From: a virus
Reading direction: 5' to 3' (one strand)
DNA length: 64,000 bases
IMG/VR virus record: IMGVR_UViG_3300026116_000003
Span: 1-64,000 of that record
Positions 46,265-55,461 of the stretch are shown piece after piece. The position numbers and the translations under genes were made by a program. Positions within the stretch are counted from its first letter, which is position 1. Every line of letters starts with the position of its first letter. Below the pieces are notes generated by a model. The model saw only the letters and a list, made by a program, of their open reading frames with translations. It was not told the DNA's origin and did not search any database.

Positions 46265-46708
46265 TTAATGGGCAGAATGGCCACCAGAGTGGGAACCAGC
46301 CATTTCGTCGGCGACAATCTTCCTTATCTCTGGCTGAAGCCGGCGAGCTGGCTCTTCGAGGAACTTGGCTTGACCCTGGCCTTGAGGGTCCCAGTAGCTC
46401 CCGTGCGCGCCCTTACCCGTGCGCGGGAGTCCTTTTAGTTTCATCCCTACAGCTTCGTGTACGTAGAGAGCATACCCGGCGGTATAGCCGACTTCCACTA
46501 CCGTCTTCATACCTTCTCCGCGATGCCTGGTAAAAGCCGAAGCTTTCAAGTTCCCCAAGTCGACCGGAACAAGCTTCTGAGACTCGCGCTGGAGCATAAG
46601 CCCCGCTTTCTTCAGCCCTCGCTCACAGCCCTTGCCAAGATTCTCCTGCTTCTCTTTGAATTTTTTCAGAACTTCGGCCAGACCCGATAGTTCGTTCATG
46701 TTTGCCAT
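46265..46708 (-). CDS. HK97 gp10-like neck protein
   Basis: SQKLVPVDLGNLKASA, YALYVHE, QAKFLE. Confidence 0.8.
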   Translation of the reverse strand: MANMNELSGLAEVLKKFKEKQENLGKGCERGLKKAGLMLQRESQKLVPVDLGNLKASAFTRHRGEGMKTVVEVGYTAGYALYVHEAVGMKLKGLPRTGKGAHGSYWDPQGQGQAKFLEEPARRLQPEIRKIVADEMAGSHSGGHSAH

Positions 46709-46716
46709 AATTAAAA

Positions 46717-46749
46717 GTCCACGCACTCTGTGGAAGGGAGTGCGTGGAC
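46717..46749. other. 12-bp perfect inverted repeat (hairpin)
   Basis: gtccacgcactc-N9-gagtgcgtggac. Confidence 0.6.
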
Positions 46750-46767
46750 GCACAGAGCCCTGTGTAA

Positions 46768-47193
46768 TTACCTTCGTCGGGCGCCTTCTGCGGGCGGGTC
46801 TTCAGTTACGTCCGGAATCGTATCATCGAACGCCTGGAGCTCGGCTTTGAAGTCGGTGATGCTCGTCTCCACTGCTGCCGGGAGCTCGACATTTTCCAAA
46901 CTGGCTTTGAGCTTGTCAAACTCGATAACCAAGTTGTCATACTTCTTTTGCTGCTCGCCCCAAATCTTTTTGACTTCGGCGCGGATGCCCGACACTTCGT
47001 TGCCTAGTTCGCTTAGTTTTATTGCCATACGTTCTATCCATTCATGTAGGTCTTGTTTCGTTGCGAGTGCGGAGTGCGACCTGTTACGCTCCCACTCTTG
47101 CTTGCTTGCTTCCGTGAAGTCCCTCACCGCGTCGGTGAGACACGAAATTGAATGAGCGATGCTGGAATGTTGTTCTCCCATACCTTGTTTCAT
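46768..47193 (-). CDS. hypothetical coiled-coil protein
   Basis: ORF between head closure and neck genes; start uncertain. Confidence 0.5.
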   Translation of the reverse strand: MKQGMGEQHSSIAHSISCLTDAVRDFTEASKQEWERNRSHSALATKQDLHEWIERMAIKLSELGNEVSGIRAEVKKIWGEQQKKYDNLVIEFDKLKASLENVELPAAVETSITDFKAELQAFDDTIPDVTEDPPAEGARRR

Positions 47194-47194
47194 T

Positions 47195-47536
47195 TTAGAG
47201 GTAAGCCGTATATAAATTCTCCGTATTCCGGAGATTAGGAAGGACGTCAAATCTTTCCACCAAGTAAGAGCCTGCATGGTTAATAGGGTCGTCCGGCGTA
47301 TCGCTATCCATCGGGCCCTGGGCCAGCCGGTCTCCCATAGCCATCTTGCGGTCTACGTAGACGATGGCGCGAGAGAGCTGCTTCTCCCCTTGAGCGCTGA
47401 GATACTCCTGGCCGACTTCTTCCCAGCGGCAAGCTACTTCCACCGGAGCGTCGAAAGAGTCCGTTCCGTATTGGTCGGTCGCTCCTTTCTTCCACCAGAT
47501 GGCCGTCTGCCGGCGCATGCTTTTAATCAAGCTCAT
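47195..47536 (-). CDS. head closure / head-tail adaptor
   Basis: RQTAIWW...DQYG...PVEVACRWEE. Confidence 0.7.
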   Translation of the reverse strand: MSLIKSMRRQTAIWWKKGATDQYGTDSFDAPVEVACRWEEVGQEYLSAQGEKQLSRAIVYVDRKMAMGDRLAQGPMDSDTPDDPINHAGSYLVERFDVLPNLRNTENLYTAYL

Positions 47537-48180
47537 ACAGCCACCTCCGCCGGAGCTAAAATCACATCCAGTTGCTCGAACGTCATCGCCGGAAATACCA
47601 TCAGCTTGGAACCGCCGTCGGTCACGTTGAGCACTTGCACGTCCGGGCGGAGCGAAGCGAGGCTGGCCGCCAGGCACTTGAACCCTTTTTGGAACCGGAC
47701 GAAAGATACGTTATCCGTAGGCTTGCTCCGGTGCTTGTGCCAGTGACTCTTGCCGCCCGTGCAAGCCATATCAAACCCCAGCAGGAAGATGCGAGCAGCG
47801 CCGAGCCGGACAGCCAGATTAATCGCCGCCGCTCCAGTGGAATAGTTCCAAGCCAAAGACGTCCCCGATTCCTGGAGACCATCTCTGACTCGATTCATCC
47901 GGTAAAGCCACGGAGAACCTAAATTGATAAGCGAAGGAGCGCACGAGAGCACTCGCCCGCGAAACTTCTCCAGCTCCCACTTGGTCCGGTGGAACCAGCT
48001 GGCGTCCCCGAACAAGCAGACGCGGACTACTTCCGCGCCGAGCCGAAAAGCATCATTGCAACCGATAGTATTTCTTCCCTTGAGCTTGTCCCAAGCAAAG
48101 TTCTCCAACGAAGAGCCGCCGCCGATAATAAAAGCGTCCGACTCTTTCCATTCTTCAATTGGAGACCATAGTGGCATCAT
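47533..48180 (-). CDS. DUF115/Maf-like (sialyltransferase/MptE-like fold) protein
   Basis: FIIGGGSSL, IGCNDAF, STGAAAINLA..LGA.RIFLLGFD. Confidence 0.7.
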   Translation of the reverse strand: MMPLWSPIEEWKESDAFIIGGGSSLENFAWDKLKGRNTIGCNDAFRLGAEVVRVCLFGDASWFHRTKWELEKFRGRVLSCAPSLINLGSPWLYRMNRVRDGLQESGTSLAWNYSTGAAAINLAVRLGAARIFLLGFDMACTGGKSHWHKHRSKPTDNVSFVRFQKGFKCLAASLASLRPDVQVLNVTDGGSKLMVFPAMTFEQLDVILAPAEVAV

Positions 48181-48566
48181 TCGTCAACCGTGCCGACCCA
48201 AGTAACCGACGCAACCCGGCTCCCGCCGCCAGCCAGTGACCGGTTGAGCGCCGTCAGCCCGCCTTGCGTATCAAGCACCATCGCCTGCTGGCCGTAGCGG
48301 GTAAGAGCAAGGTTTAAGTCCACCTTCGACTCGAAAGAAGCGCCGACGCTGCCAGCTTTCTCGTTCGTTGTGCGCGGGTCCCGTATCGCGTAAAAGTGGG
48401 CAGCCAGCCAGCGCTCGATTAGCTCCAGCCGCTCGATAGAATATCCGGCAATCGCGCAGACTTCAGTAACGAGCTCCGACGCGGTAAAAATAAAAGGGTC
48501 GAGGTCGATTGTAACATCAACCTCGATGATTCCGGCGACAAGCGCTGGAGTAGTGCGAACAGCCAT
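48177..48566 (-). CDS. head-tail connector
   Basis: ERWLAAHF, TRYGQQA..LD. Confidence 0.75.
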   Translation of the reverse strand: MAVRTTPALVAGIIEVDVTIDLDPFIFTASELVTEVCAIAGYSIERLELIERWLAAHFYAIRDPRTTNEKAGSVGASFESKVDLNLALTRYGQQAMVLDTQGGLTALNRSLAGGGSRVASVTWVGTVDE

Positions 48567-48583
48567 AAGACTTTCTCTTTGCT

Positions 48584-48651
48584 AACACGTCCTAACCGTC
48601 AGGATTTGACTTATAGGACGTGTTTATTGCTTTTGAGTGTCTACGTAGCGG
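48584..48651. repeat. dispersed structured repeat, copy 3
   Basis: aacacgtccta-accgtcaggatttgactta-taggacgtgtt...tttgagtgtctacgtagcgg. Confidence 0.7.
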
Positions 48652-48662
48652 TAGCTAATGGC

Positions 48663-48971
48663 TTACTTGTCTCGCATCGTTTGACGCGCAGCCGTATGCT
48701 TGTGCGCTACAGCGGGCTTCTCTTCGTCTTCTTCCAGAAGCTGCGACCGGCGAGAGCCACCGACGCGAAGCTCTTCAGCCTTCTCTCCTTCGTCCCAATC
48801 GCCCGCGGTCGAAGCGCCGCTGACTCGCTCAAACTTTTGCGGGAAGAGCTTTATCAAATCGTGCGGAGAGTCGACGATTTGGCCCTTAGTATACCGCTTG
48901 TTTCCCTCTATGTGAATCCCGGTTACCACGCGGAACTTGTTTCCCTCGGTTTTCGTTTCTTCTTTAGCCAT
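48663..48971 (-). CDS. hypothetical protein downstream of the capsid gene
   Basis: H.EGNK.YTKGQIVDS..DL..LFPQKFE. Confidence 0.6.
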   Translation of the reverse strand: MAKEETKTEGNKFRVVTGIHIEGNKRYTKGQIVDSPHDLIKLFPQKFERVSGASTAGDWDEGEKAEELRVGGSRRSQLLEEDEEKPAVAHKHTAARQTMRDK

Positions 48972-49005
48972 AATTTTTATTGGTGAACTTTGTTGGTTTT
49001 CGAGT

Positions 49006-50061
49006 TTACGGAGCCACGCTGTGGATGATACCCGAGTTGCCGTTGTAGTCAGAGCGCAGTTGCGGAACCATGATGCACATGACTTTGAAGTTGAGCCTCA
49101 TCCCGCCGAGAGTCTCCCATTGCACCGTTGTGATATCCATGCCGATAACCAAACGGATAACGTCGCTGGTCATTTGCACGAGCACCGCCTGCGTTCCGGT
49201 AAGGTAATCCGCCGTACGGATATCTGTGATGCCGTTAATCTGCATGAGGCGTTGCCGCACGCTGTTGTCTCCCTTGAGCGGGCTATAATCGTTGTCGAGG
49301 AACAAGTCCCACGCGGGCGATACGTAGAGCACCCACGGACCGTGATGGAAGTTGTCCACCGAGTCCTGCCGGAGCGCCAGGATTTCTCCGAGCAATACTG
49401 CTGGAGTCCAGCCGCTTGCAGTCGGAGCTGTCAGCACTCGCGTTACCCGTCCGGGAAAGTTAGTCATCCCGTAAACTGTCCCGCCGCCGTAAGTAAACGT
49501 CGGCGCGATTCCGAGCACCAGCTTCTCGGCTTCCTCTGCCACCCGACGGGCAGCAAGCTGCGCCGTTGCAGTATCAATCGAAGAGCCGAGATTGCGCGAC
49601 ACAGCGATTTGACGAGCCGAGAAAAAGAAGTCCTTGTGAATTACCGGCAAGGGCAAGTTCACGAGGTCGAATTCCGGCCGGTCTGACTCGCTCTGGCGAA
49701 TCGGGTCCATACTGATGGTTGCCGGCGTGATATCGCCCATCGTCTCGCTTTCCAGTACTGTCCGGCTCATACCGTTCGGGATATTGAGGACGAGCCCGGC
49801 GGAGCGCAAGTCGGCGACTACCCGAAGGCGCTCTTTCGCCGCCACAGAAATCGAGTCGTCAATCAGCTTCCACTCTTCCCGGCGGAGCGAAGCCGTGTTG
49901 TTGGTCGGAACCGCCACCATCTTGCCGTCGCCTTGATTGCGAGCGATGTAAGACCGCCCATCCTTACCTTGCCAGGGGCGCAAAGCAGCAACGTCAAACC
50001 CGCTATGCAGTAATTGGGTGGCTACGTTACCGTTCGCCTGCCCGTTTAGAATAAAGTCCAT
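49006..50061 (-). CDS. major capsid protein (HK97 fold, encapsulin/linocin-like)
   Basis: LRREEWKLID, PLPVIHKDF....RQI, AARRVAE; position after the decoration gene. Confidence 0.85.
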   Translation of the reverse strand: MDFILNGQANGNVATQLLHSGFDVAALRPWQGKDGRSYIARNQGDGKMVAVPTNNTASLRREEWKLIDDSISVAAKERLRVVADLRSAGLVLNIPNGMSRTVLESETMGDITPATISMDPIRQSESDRPEFDLVNLPLPVIHKDFFFSARQIAVSRNLGSSIDTATAQLAARRVAEEAEKLVLGIAPTFTYGGGTVYGMTNFPGRVTRVLTAPTASGWTPAVLLGEILALRQDSVDNFHHGPWVLYVSPAWDLFLDNDYSPLKGDNSVRQRLMQINGITDIRTADYLTGTQAVLVQMTSDVIRLVIGMDITTVQWETLGGMRLNFKVMCIMVPQLRSDYNGNSGIIHSVAP

Positions 50062-50093
50062 ATTGATTTTTTCTGTCTTTTGTTTTTGTTGGT

Positions 50094-50576
50094 TTAGAGA
50101 ATACGGACTTTGATACGTGAATCAGTGTCGTCCGAATTGCTTTGGTCCACTGCTTCTACGGCAACGCAAAGGCGTGACTGCCCCGCTTCGCTGCCTGCTT
50201 CCACTTGGAGCGTTCCGTCTCCGTTGGAGATTAGATAATCTCCGACGTTGGCTGCTTCTCCGCCCGACAACCACGCTTGCACTACGTCGCCCTTGTTGGC
50301 GATGACGTAGAATACCCGCTCGCCGACTGCATAAGCGTCGTCAATCGTCCGGCCCTGAAGGGCATCTTCGGTAGCAAAGGCGGCTTCACACGGACCACCG
50401 ACTTCGTTGTGCTTGATAGCCCGGCGGTCGTAGCCGCTATCCGTCGGAGGGATAGTAATCCCCGCCGAAGTAATCTTGATTAAGTGTCCCGGCTTGATAA
50501 TCCCCGCGGCGGTCGCTTCCTCATAGCGGCCATCGCCGATAAGGTGAATCTTTGAAGGTCTGCCAGCTGCATTCAT
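50094..50576 (-). CDS. capsid decoration / cement protein
   Basis: IKPGHLI, GDYLISNGDGTL, AVEAVD, IKVRIL. Confidence 0.75.
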   Translation of the reverse strand: MNAAGRPSKIHLIGDGRYEEATAAGIIKPGHLIKITSAGITIPPTDSGYDRRAIKHNEVGGPCEAAFATEDALQGRTIDDAYAVGERVFYVIANKGDVVQAWLSGGEAANVGDYLISNGDGTLQVEAGSEAGQSRLCVAVEAVDQSNSDDTDSRIKVRIL

Positions 50577-50633
50577 ATTTTTTAAGTATCGTTTTTGGTT
50601 TTAGTTTCGGTCTATGACCTAATCCCGTTTTAG

Positions 50634-52163
50634 TTACGCTGCCTTCGCCTTCTCAAAGTTCATCGTCGGGAGCGCCAGAACTTCTTCTGCTTCCACATTG
50701 CCAGTCGGAACTGGAGCCTGTCCGGCGTAGTTCGCCGGGCGTTGCGCCACTTCTGCACCACCAGCCAGCCGCGCCAGACTCTTCAGTTCGCCGAGCGGAC
50801 GGTTGTTCAAGTCCTCCTTCGAGAAGGAATTATTCTTGTTGGCGGTAATGATATCCACGAGCCGCTGCTTCTCTTCGTTGTGGAGCGCCATGCTATTAGT
50901 CAGCACGTCGCGCAATGCCTTGGGAGCATTCTGAATATACTCTTCAGCCGTTATCGGAACGGGCGGCTCCTTAGGCGCCGTTGTGGGCTGAGATGTGTTG
51001 CCGACTGGAGCCGCCGCTGGAATCGCTGTCGTGCCCGTAGTCGTTGCCGCGGGCAGTGGGACAATGGTCTCCTTTGCCGGAAGCTTGATTTTCTCCAAAG
51101 ACTTTAGGGGAAGCGCCTGGAGCGTGGCGCGGTCCTCTTCTACCCAACCCGCGTTGCCGATTAAGGCGTCGACGAGTGCTTTCTTTTGTTCTGCTTCAGT
51201 CATAACTGTTTTCGTTTCTTGTTTGTTTTGGTTCCCGACAAAGGCCCCTGCTACGCTGCGGTATTCAGTGACCCTTTTTACTTCTGTCGGCTCTCCTTTA
51301 TCCAACGACACACCTCCATCGTCGTCGGTAGTATAGCCGAGTCTCCAAAGTTTCCCGTCTTTGGAGAAGATAAAAAAATTCGAATAGACGTCCTGCACCC
51401 AAGGCCCCGAGATTTCGCCGGACTTGGAAGCAGTAGAGAATCTGGCGCGCAGCAACTCGCCAAGCGTAGAAGAGATGTTGCCGAACGAAGACTCGTTGAG
51501 CGAGACGTCCTTGTGGACTTCGTTCCGGAGGAAGCCAGCGCCATCGGCAATAGAGCACGCGCCAACTTTGTCTGGCAGCAAAGCAAGGTGGTCCGGACGA
51601 TAGTTGCGGGCAATCGCCACGTAGTCTTCTTTTTGCCACTTGCCGGGAGTCTTGTCTTCGTCGACAAAGACGCCGGTAGACAGCTCCATCATCTCGTTGG
51701 CTTTGACCGCCGCCATTATCCGCTCGTCGATTATATCGGCTCGGGACTTTTCAATCCACGCTTCCGACTTCAGCCGCCCCTTTTCATACTTAGTATTGAG
51801 CATAACGCCCACTTTGCGATTGTTGATAATCGTGGGGTCGCATGCAGAGATACCTTGCCCGTTGAGCTCGGGATGATAGACGACTACTGGCTTGTGATTC
51901 CAAGCTGCCGGCGTCTTGCTAAGCTCTTCCTTCGGATATAAAAGTGGCCCGTCGCTTCCGGCGTGCACTCCCTCGGTAAGTATCACCATGGGGACAACCA
52001 AGTGCTCCCGTCCTTCCAGCGTCTCGTAGCGGCACTGATTCGGCAGCAGGTTGCAAGTGAAACTTTGAAGGTGACCCGGAGTGTTCTCGTTTCGGACTAG
52101 CTTTGACTTTCTGGTTTTATTCAGCACATTGCGGAGACTATCCTCTCCCAATGCATAAGTCAA
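50634..52163 (-). CDS. capsid maturation protease and scaffold (DUF2213-like)
   Basis: WNHKPVVVYHP, ELSTG, PDHLALLP..VGACSI.DGAG. Confidence 0.8.
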   Translation of the reverse strand: MTYALGEDSLRNVLNKTRKSKLVRNENTPGHLQSFTCNLLPNQCRYETLEGREHLVVPMVILTEGVHAGSDGPLLYPKEELSKTPAAWNHKPVVVYHPELNGQGISACDPTIINNRKVGVMLNTKYEKGRLKSEAWIEKSRADIIDERIMAAVKANEMMELSTGVFVDEDKTPGKWQKEDYVAIARNYRPDHLALLPDKVGACSIADGAGFLRNEVHKDVSLNESSFGNISSTLGELLRARFSTASKSGEISGPWVQDVYSNFFIFSKDGKLWRLGYTTDDDGGVSLDKGEPTEVKRVTEYRSVAGAFVGNQNKQETKTVMTEAEQKKALVDALIGNAGWVEEDRATLQALPLKSLEKIKLPAKETIVPLPAATTTGTTAIPAAAPVGNTSQPTTAPKEPPVPITAEEYIQNAPKALRDVLTNSMALHNEEKQRLVDIITANKNNSFSKEDLNNRPLGELKSLARLAGGAEVAQRPANYAGQAPVPTGNVEAEEVLALPTMNFEKAKAA

Positions 52164-52391
52164 CTATTCCATTTTCCTCATCTTTTTGATGGCACTACGC
52201 GGAATGGTGAGCTGGTCCATATAGCGCCGGCGCTGGCTAACGCTAGTGGAAATAGTTACCGAATGTTTGCCTTCGTAGACGAGCAATCCCACAGAGAGGA
52301 TATAGTGACGGCCGTCTCGTTGCGGGCTATCCCAGCCAGGGCTGGTAAACGAGTCCTCCCACTTAATCTGAACTACTTTAAGCTTTTTCAC
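52164..52391 (-). CDS. hypothetical phage protein
   Basis: VQIKWEDS...SVG.L....IPRSAI. Confidence 0.6.
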   Translation of the reverse strand: MKKLKVVQIKWEDSFTSPGWDSPQRDGRHYILSVGLLVYEGKHSVTISTSVSQRRRYMDQLTIPRSAIKKMRKME

Positions 52392-53193
52392 GCTTCTGTA
52401 TGTAGTCGAGCAATACTCGACGGTTCGCGTCCATGTGCGTGCGGTAAGCGTTAGCGACGGAACGAGCGTGCCAGCGGTGCAGCAAGCAGAGCCACCTGTT
52501 GCGCTGAAATAATTCCCAAGCTTTGACTCGGCTAATCTCGTCCCGGCAGCGCCACGTCACGTTCGTAATATCCAACCGGCCGGATAGCGGACAAGCTCCA
52601 CGCTGATAGCGCTCCAGCATATAGATTTGCTGGTAGTCTTCCCAGCCGTAGCCGGCAAAGCGTTCATCACACCCGCCCAAGTCCAGATACTCCTGGCGCC
52701 GGCAGATAAAGTTAGTCCCGGCCGGGCGCAAGTAGGAGTTGGCCGAGTAAAAGCCGGGGTTCTCCATAATCTCCGTATAGTTGCGCTCGGTAAGGTCTTT
52801 TGTATCCAGCAGAGCAGAAGCTTTGCGGTTCAAGTAAAGCATTCCGCCATTGAACCACTCCCGCGGAGCCGCCCAAACGAGAATCGGCAAGAGCTCTTTG
52901 AAGTAACGGGGATTGGGAAGCGTGTCTATATCGAGCTTCATTATCCACTCCGACGTGGTCATCTTCGCTCCTTCGTTGTGGTAATAGCCGATGGAACGTC
53001 CCTCTTTGAAATGGATTCCGATAACGTCAACAGTCCACAAATCCGTAAAGTCTAGCTCTTTGCGCGGAGCTACTTCACCAATAAAGAAAATGAGGTGGTT
53101 TACTTCGGGGTGAGCGGCAGCCCGGATAGCTTTGAGCCATACTTTCAGCGCGTCCGGCCGGTTCCAGACGGGAGTAATAGTTGTGAGGGTCAC
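52378..53193 (-). CDS. glycosyltransferase (GT2 with GT7-C-like motif)
   Basis: ITPVWNR, LDID, LGGCDERFAGYGWED, LHRWH. Confidence 0.85.
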   Translation of the reverse strand: MTLTTITPVWNRPDALKVWLKAIRAAAHPEVNHLIFFIGEVAPRKELDFTDLWTVDVIGIHFKEGRSIGYYHNEGAKMTTSEWIMKLDIDTLPNPRYFKELLPILVWAAPREWFNGGMLYLNRKASALLDTKDLTERNYTEIMENPGFYSANSYLRPAGTNFICRRQEYLDLGGCDERFAGYGWEDYQQIYMLERYQRGACPLSGRLDITNVTWRCRDEISRVKAWELFQRNRWLCLLHRWHARSVANAYRTHMDANRRVLLDYIQKREKA

Positions 53194-53834
53194 GCCCGGT
53201 GGTGGTGCTTGGAATCGGGCCGTTTCATACGAGAAGGAGACTCCGCTACTTTTTGAATCTCTAGCTTGTGCTTAAGGCAATCGGGGCAATCTACTTCGTC
53301 CCAATACGCTGACCACAAGTGGCCAGACGGCCAGACTTTTGGAACGCCTTGGATTCCGCAAGGAGCTCGTCCGGCTCGCAAGTAATGAACGACAAGAACA
53401 GGGTTCCTAGCGTGCGCGGGTTGCGTTGCGTCTACTCTTGCCGCGTCCCACTCTGTTTCTTTTACTAAAGCACCAACGTCAGCCAGTGCTTTGTCAGCCC
53501 GCTCCGCTGCCTTCTTGTCGGAGTATTTCAAATCGTTGTAGCGTTTGGTGAGCTTGAGGATGTTAGCGTCCAGCGTCTCTTGCCGCGAGATATCCATCGC
53601 TTGCCGGAGCCCTTCCATATAGAATTCCAAATCGCCGAGCTCTTCGATAACGTTAGCGCGGTCGAGCGGCTTGCGGTAGATAACCGGGCGCTTAATCGCG
53701 TCGAACAGTTCTCCGGCTTCGCTGCAAATACAAGACGACATGTGCCAAACATTGCAGTCCCAAGCGGTCAGCTCGTTCAAGATATCTTCTCCAGGCTTGG
53801 TCAGCTTCGCTACTAATTCGGGGTGAGTAATCAT
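53190..53834 (-). CDS. mazG: MazG-like nucleotide pyrophosphohydrolase with C-terminal zinc motif
   Basis: SEAGELFDAIK...EELGDLEFY...NILKL.KRY. Confidence 0.85.
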   Translation of the reverse strand: MITHPELVAKLTKPGEDILNELTAWDCNVWHMSSCICSEAGELFDAIKRPVIYRKPLDRANVIEELGDLEFYMEGLRQAMDISRQETLDANILKLTKRYNDLKYSDKKAAERADKALADVGALVKETEWDAARVDATQPAHARNPVLVVHYLRAGRAPCGIQGVPKVWPSGHLWSAYWDEVDCPDCLKHKLEIQKVAESPSRMKRPDSKHHHRA

Positions 53835-54088
53835 TGCGAGTTGTGGTTTTTAGTTATCCGTTTAATTTCCCTGTCAATATAGTATCTGGCCTTCTGCAAG
53901 TCCTGCAGCGCGTCCCCTTTCTCTCCAGCCCTCCAGATATATTTCATCGCATTGCCTAAGCAAAAGTTCATATGCTCGACCACTTCAATGCATTCAATCC
54001 CCGAAGGAGAGACGTTATAGTGCTTGGCGCGATTGATTACGTCGAATCCGAGAGGAACTGGGTCCACAACTTTTAATTTGGTTTTCAT
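53831..54088 (-). CDS. DUF3310 protein
   Basis: KHY...GIECI...FCLGNAMKYIWRAG.KG..QDL.KA.YY. Confidence 0.88.
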   Translation of the reverse strand: MKTKLKVVDPVPLGFDVINRAKHYNVSPSGIECIEVVEHMNFCLGNAMKYIWRAGEKGDALQDLQKARYYIDREIKRITKNHNSQ

Positions 54089-54291
54089 AGTTCAGCTTCG
54101 CGCAGCGCCGCGAGCAGCGCGGTTGATTTTGCCGCTCCTTCTCCTTGCGGAAGAGACTTGACATAATCGAACCACCGGACTGACACCAGCCGCGGCCGGA
54201 ACTGCAAAATAAATTCGTTCAATACGAAGCCGTCCTTCTCTGGGTCTATCCGGTGAGCCACTGGAATCTTAATCATCTGCCCCTCGGTCAT
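54085..54291 (-). CDS. hypothetical protein
   Basis: ATGA overlaps on both sides. Confidence 0.5.
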   Translation of the reverse strand: MTEGQMIKIPVAHRIDPEKDGFVLNEFILQFRPRLVSVRWFDYVKSLPQGEGAAKSTALLAALREAEL

Positions 54292-54917
54292 ACCCGCAAG
54301 TAAAAAGCATCGCCCCAGCCGCTGCCGGTCATCTTGATTTCCTTCCGACTAAAGCCCTTCTCCCAAAAGAATGCATCGATATCCTTTAGCAACGGACACC
54401 CTATGTAGAGCTCTTTCACATTTACTTCAATATAAGCCGAATCAAATTCCCAAAACAAGTCGCCCATTCCTTTTAGCGCCAGCAGCTCGGCTCCTTGCAA
54501 GTCGATGTTGAGCAACCATCCGGGCCCTACTTCCAGCTTGTTTTGCCGGAGCAAAGTATCAACCCGAATCGTCGCCATCCGAATCGTCTTTACGTAGCGA
54601 ACCGTAGGGTGCGCTTGCGCGTGCGTCCCTAGCTCGAAGAACGAAGAGCTTTGCCCATCATTAGAAGCCACATGGAAGTCTACTTGTTGATTGTCTACGT
54701 CGCTTAGGCACGCTAATAGCGCAACGGAACCGCGTATAGGAGCGATTTTCTGCTTCAGGACGTCAAATACTTGCGGAAGAGCTTCCACCCAGATAACCCG
54801 CTCGATTCCTGCAGCTGCATAGGCTGGAGCTTCCTGTCCCTCATTTGCTCCTAAGTGGAGAACACCGGGCGGGCGGAGCGAATACTTTTTGCACAAATAG
54901 TCAAACGGTATCAGCAT
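54288..54917 (-). CDS. FkbM-family methyltransferase
   Basis: LHLGANEGQE, IDLQGAEL.ALKG, WGDAFY. Confidence 0.88.
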   Translation of the reverse strand: MLIPFDYLCKKYSLRPPGVLHLGANEGQEAPAYAAAGIERVIWVEALPQVFDVLKQKIAPIRGSVALLACLSDVDNQQVDFHVASNDGQSSSFFELGTHAQAHPTVRYVKTIRMATIRVDTLLRQNKLEVGPGWLLNIDLQGAELLALKGMGDLFWEFDSAYIEVNVKELYIGCPLLKDIDAFFWEKGFSRKEIKMTGSGWGDAFYLRV

Positions 54918-55461
54918 AAGAATGAGCGTAGAACCACGCGCCGGCGTCCTCCGGCTTGTCTTCCGGCAAAGTGTTTACCTCGAGAAATCTTTCCTTAGCA
55001 AAGTCCAGCACTGCTTGATGAACTCCGTAGCTCGGGTTCAAGTAGTCGTGGAAAGCCATTACTCCTTTCTCAACCAGCTTCGGATACCACGCTCGAATAT
55101 CGTTCATCACGCCTTCGTAAGAATGGTCAGCGTCGATGTAAACGAGCCGCAGGCAGCGAGCTGGAATCCGCATCGCCACTTGCACTGAATCCCCTTTAAG
55201 AAAAGTGACCGCTGTCCGTACCGATTTCATTTTCTGCTTGGCTTGAGCGAAGTTGCTATCGTGCCAGGATTGCGGACAAGACGCATCTCCTTTCTGCGTC
55301 GGCACGCAAGCCCAACGGTCGACGCAGTAAAGCGTGGAGAAAATAATCGGCCAGTCGAGCATCTCCCGGCTAAAGTTTCCCTCTGCTACTCCAATCTCAG
55401 CGATACCGCCGGGGACGTTCTTGACTAGCTGCCACAAGTCACGTCGATATTGAATACTCAT
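54901..55461 (-). CDS. class I SAM methyltransferase (Methyltransf_24-like)
   Basis: EIGVAEG.FS, VYIDADHSYE.V..DI..W, GVMAFHDY. Confidence 0.88.
   Translation of the reverse strand: MSIQYRRDLWQLVKNVPGGIAEIGVAEGNFSREMLDWPIIFSTLYCVDRWACVPTQKGDASCPQSWHDSNFAQAKQKMKSVRTAVTFLKGDSVQVAMRIPARCLRLVYIDADHSYEGVMNDIRAWYPKLVEKGVMAFHDYLNPSYGVHQAVLDFAKERFLEVNTLPEDKPEDAGAWFYAHSYADTV

Noticed and set aside
49006-50061. Encapsulin or bacteriocin
   Set aside because: Context of protease, decoration and connector genes indicates the phage major capsid protein.
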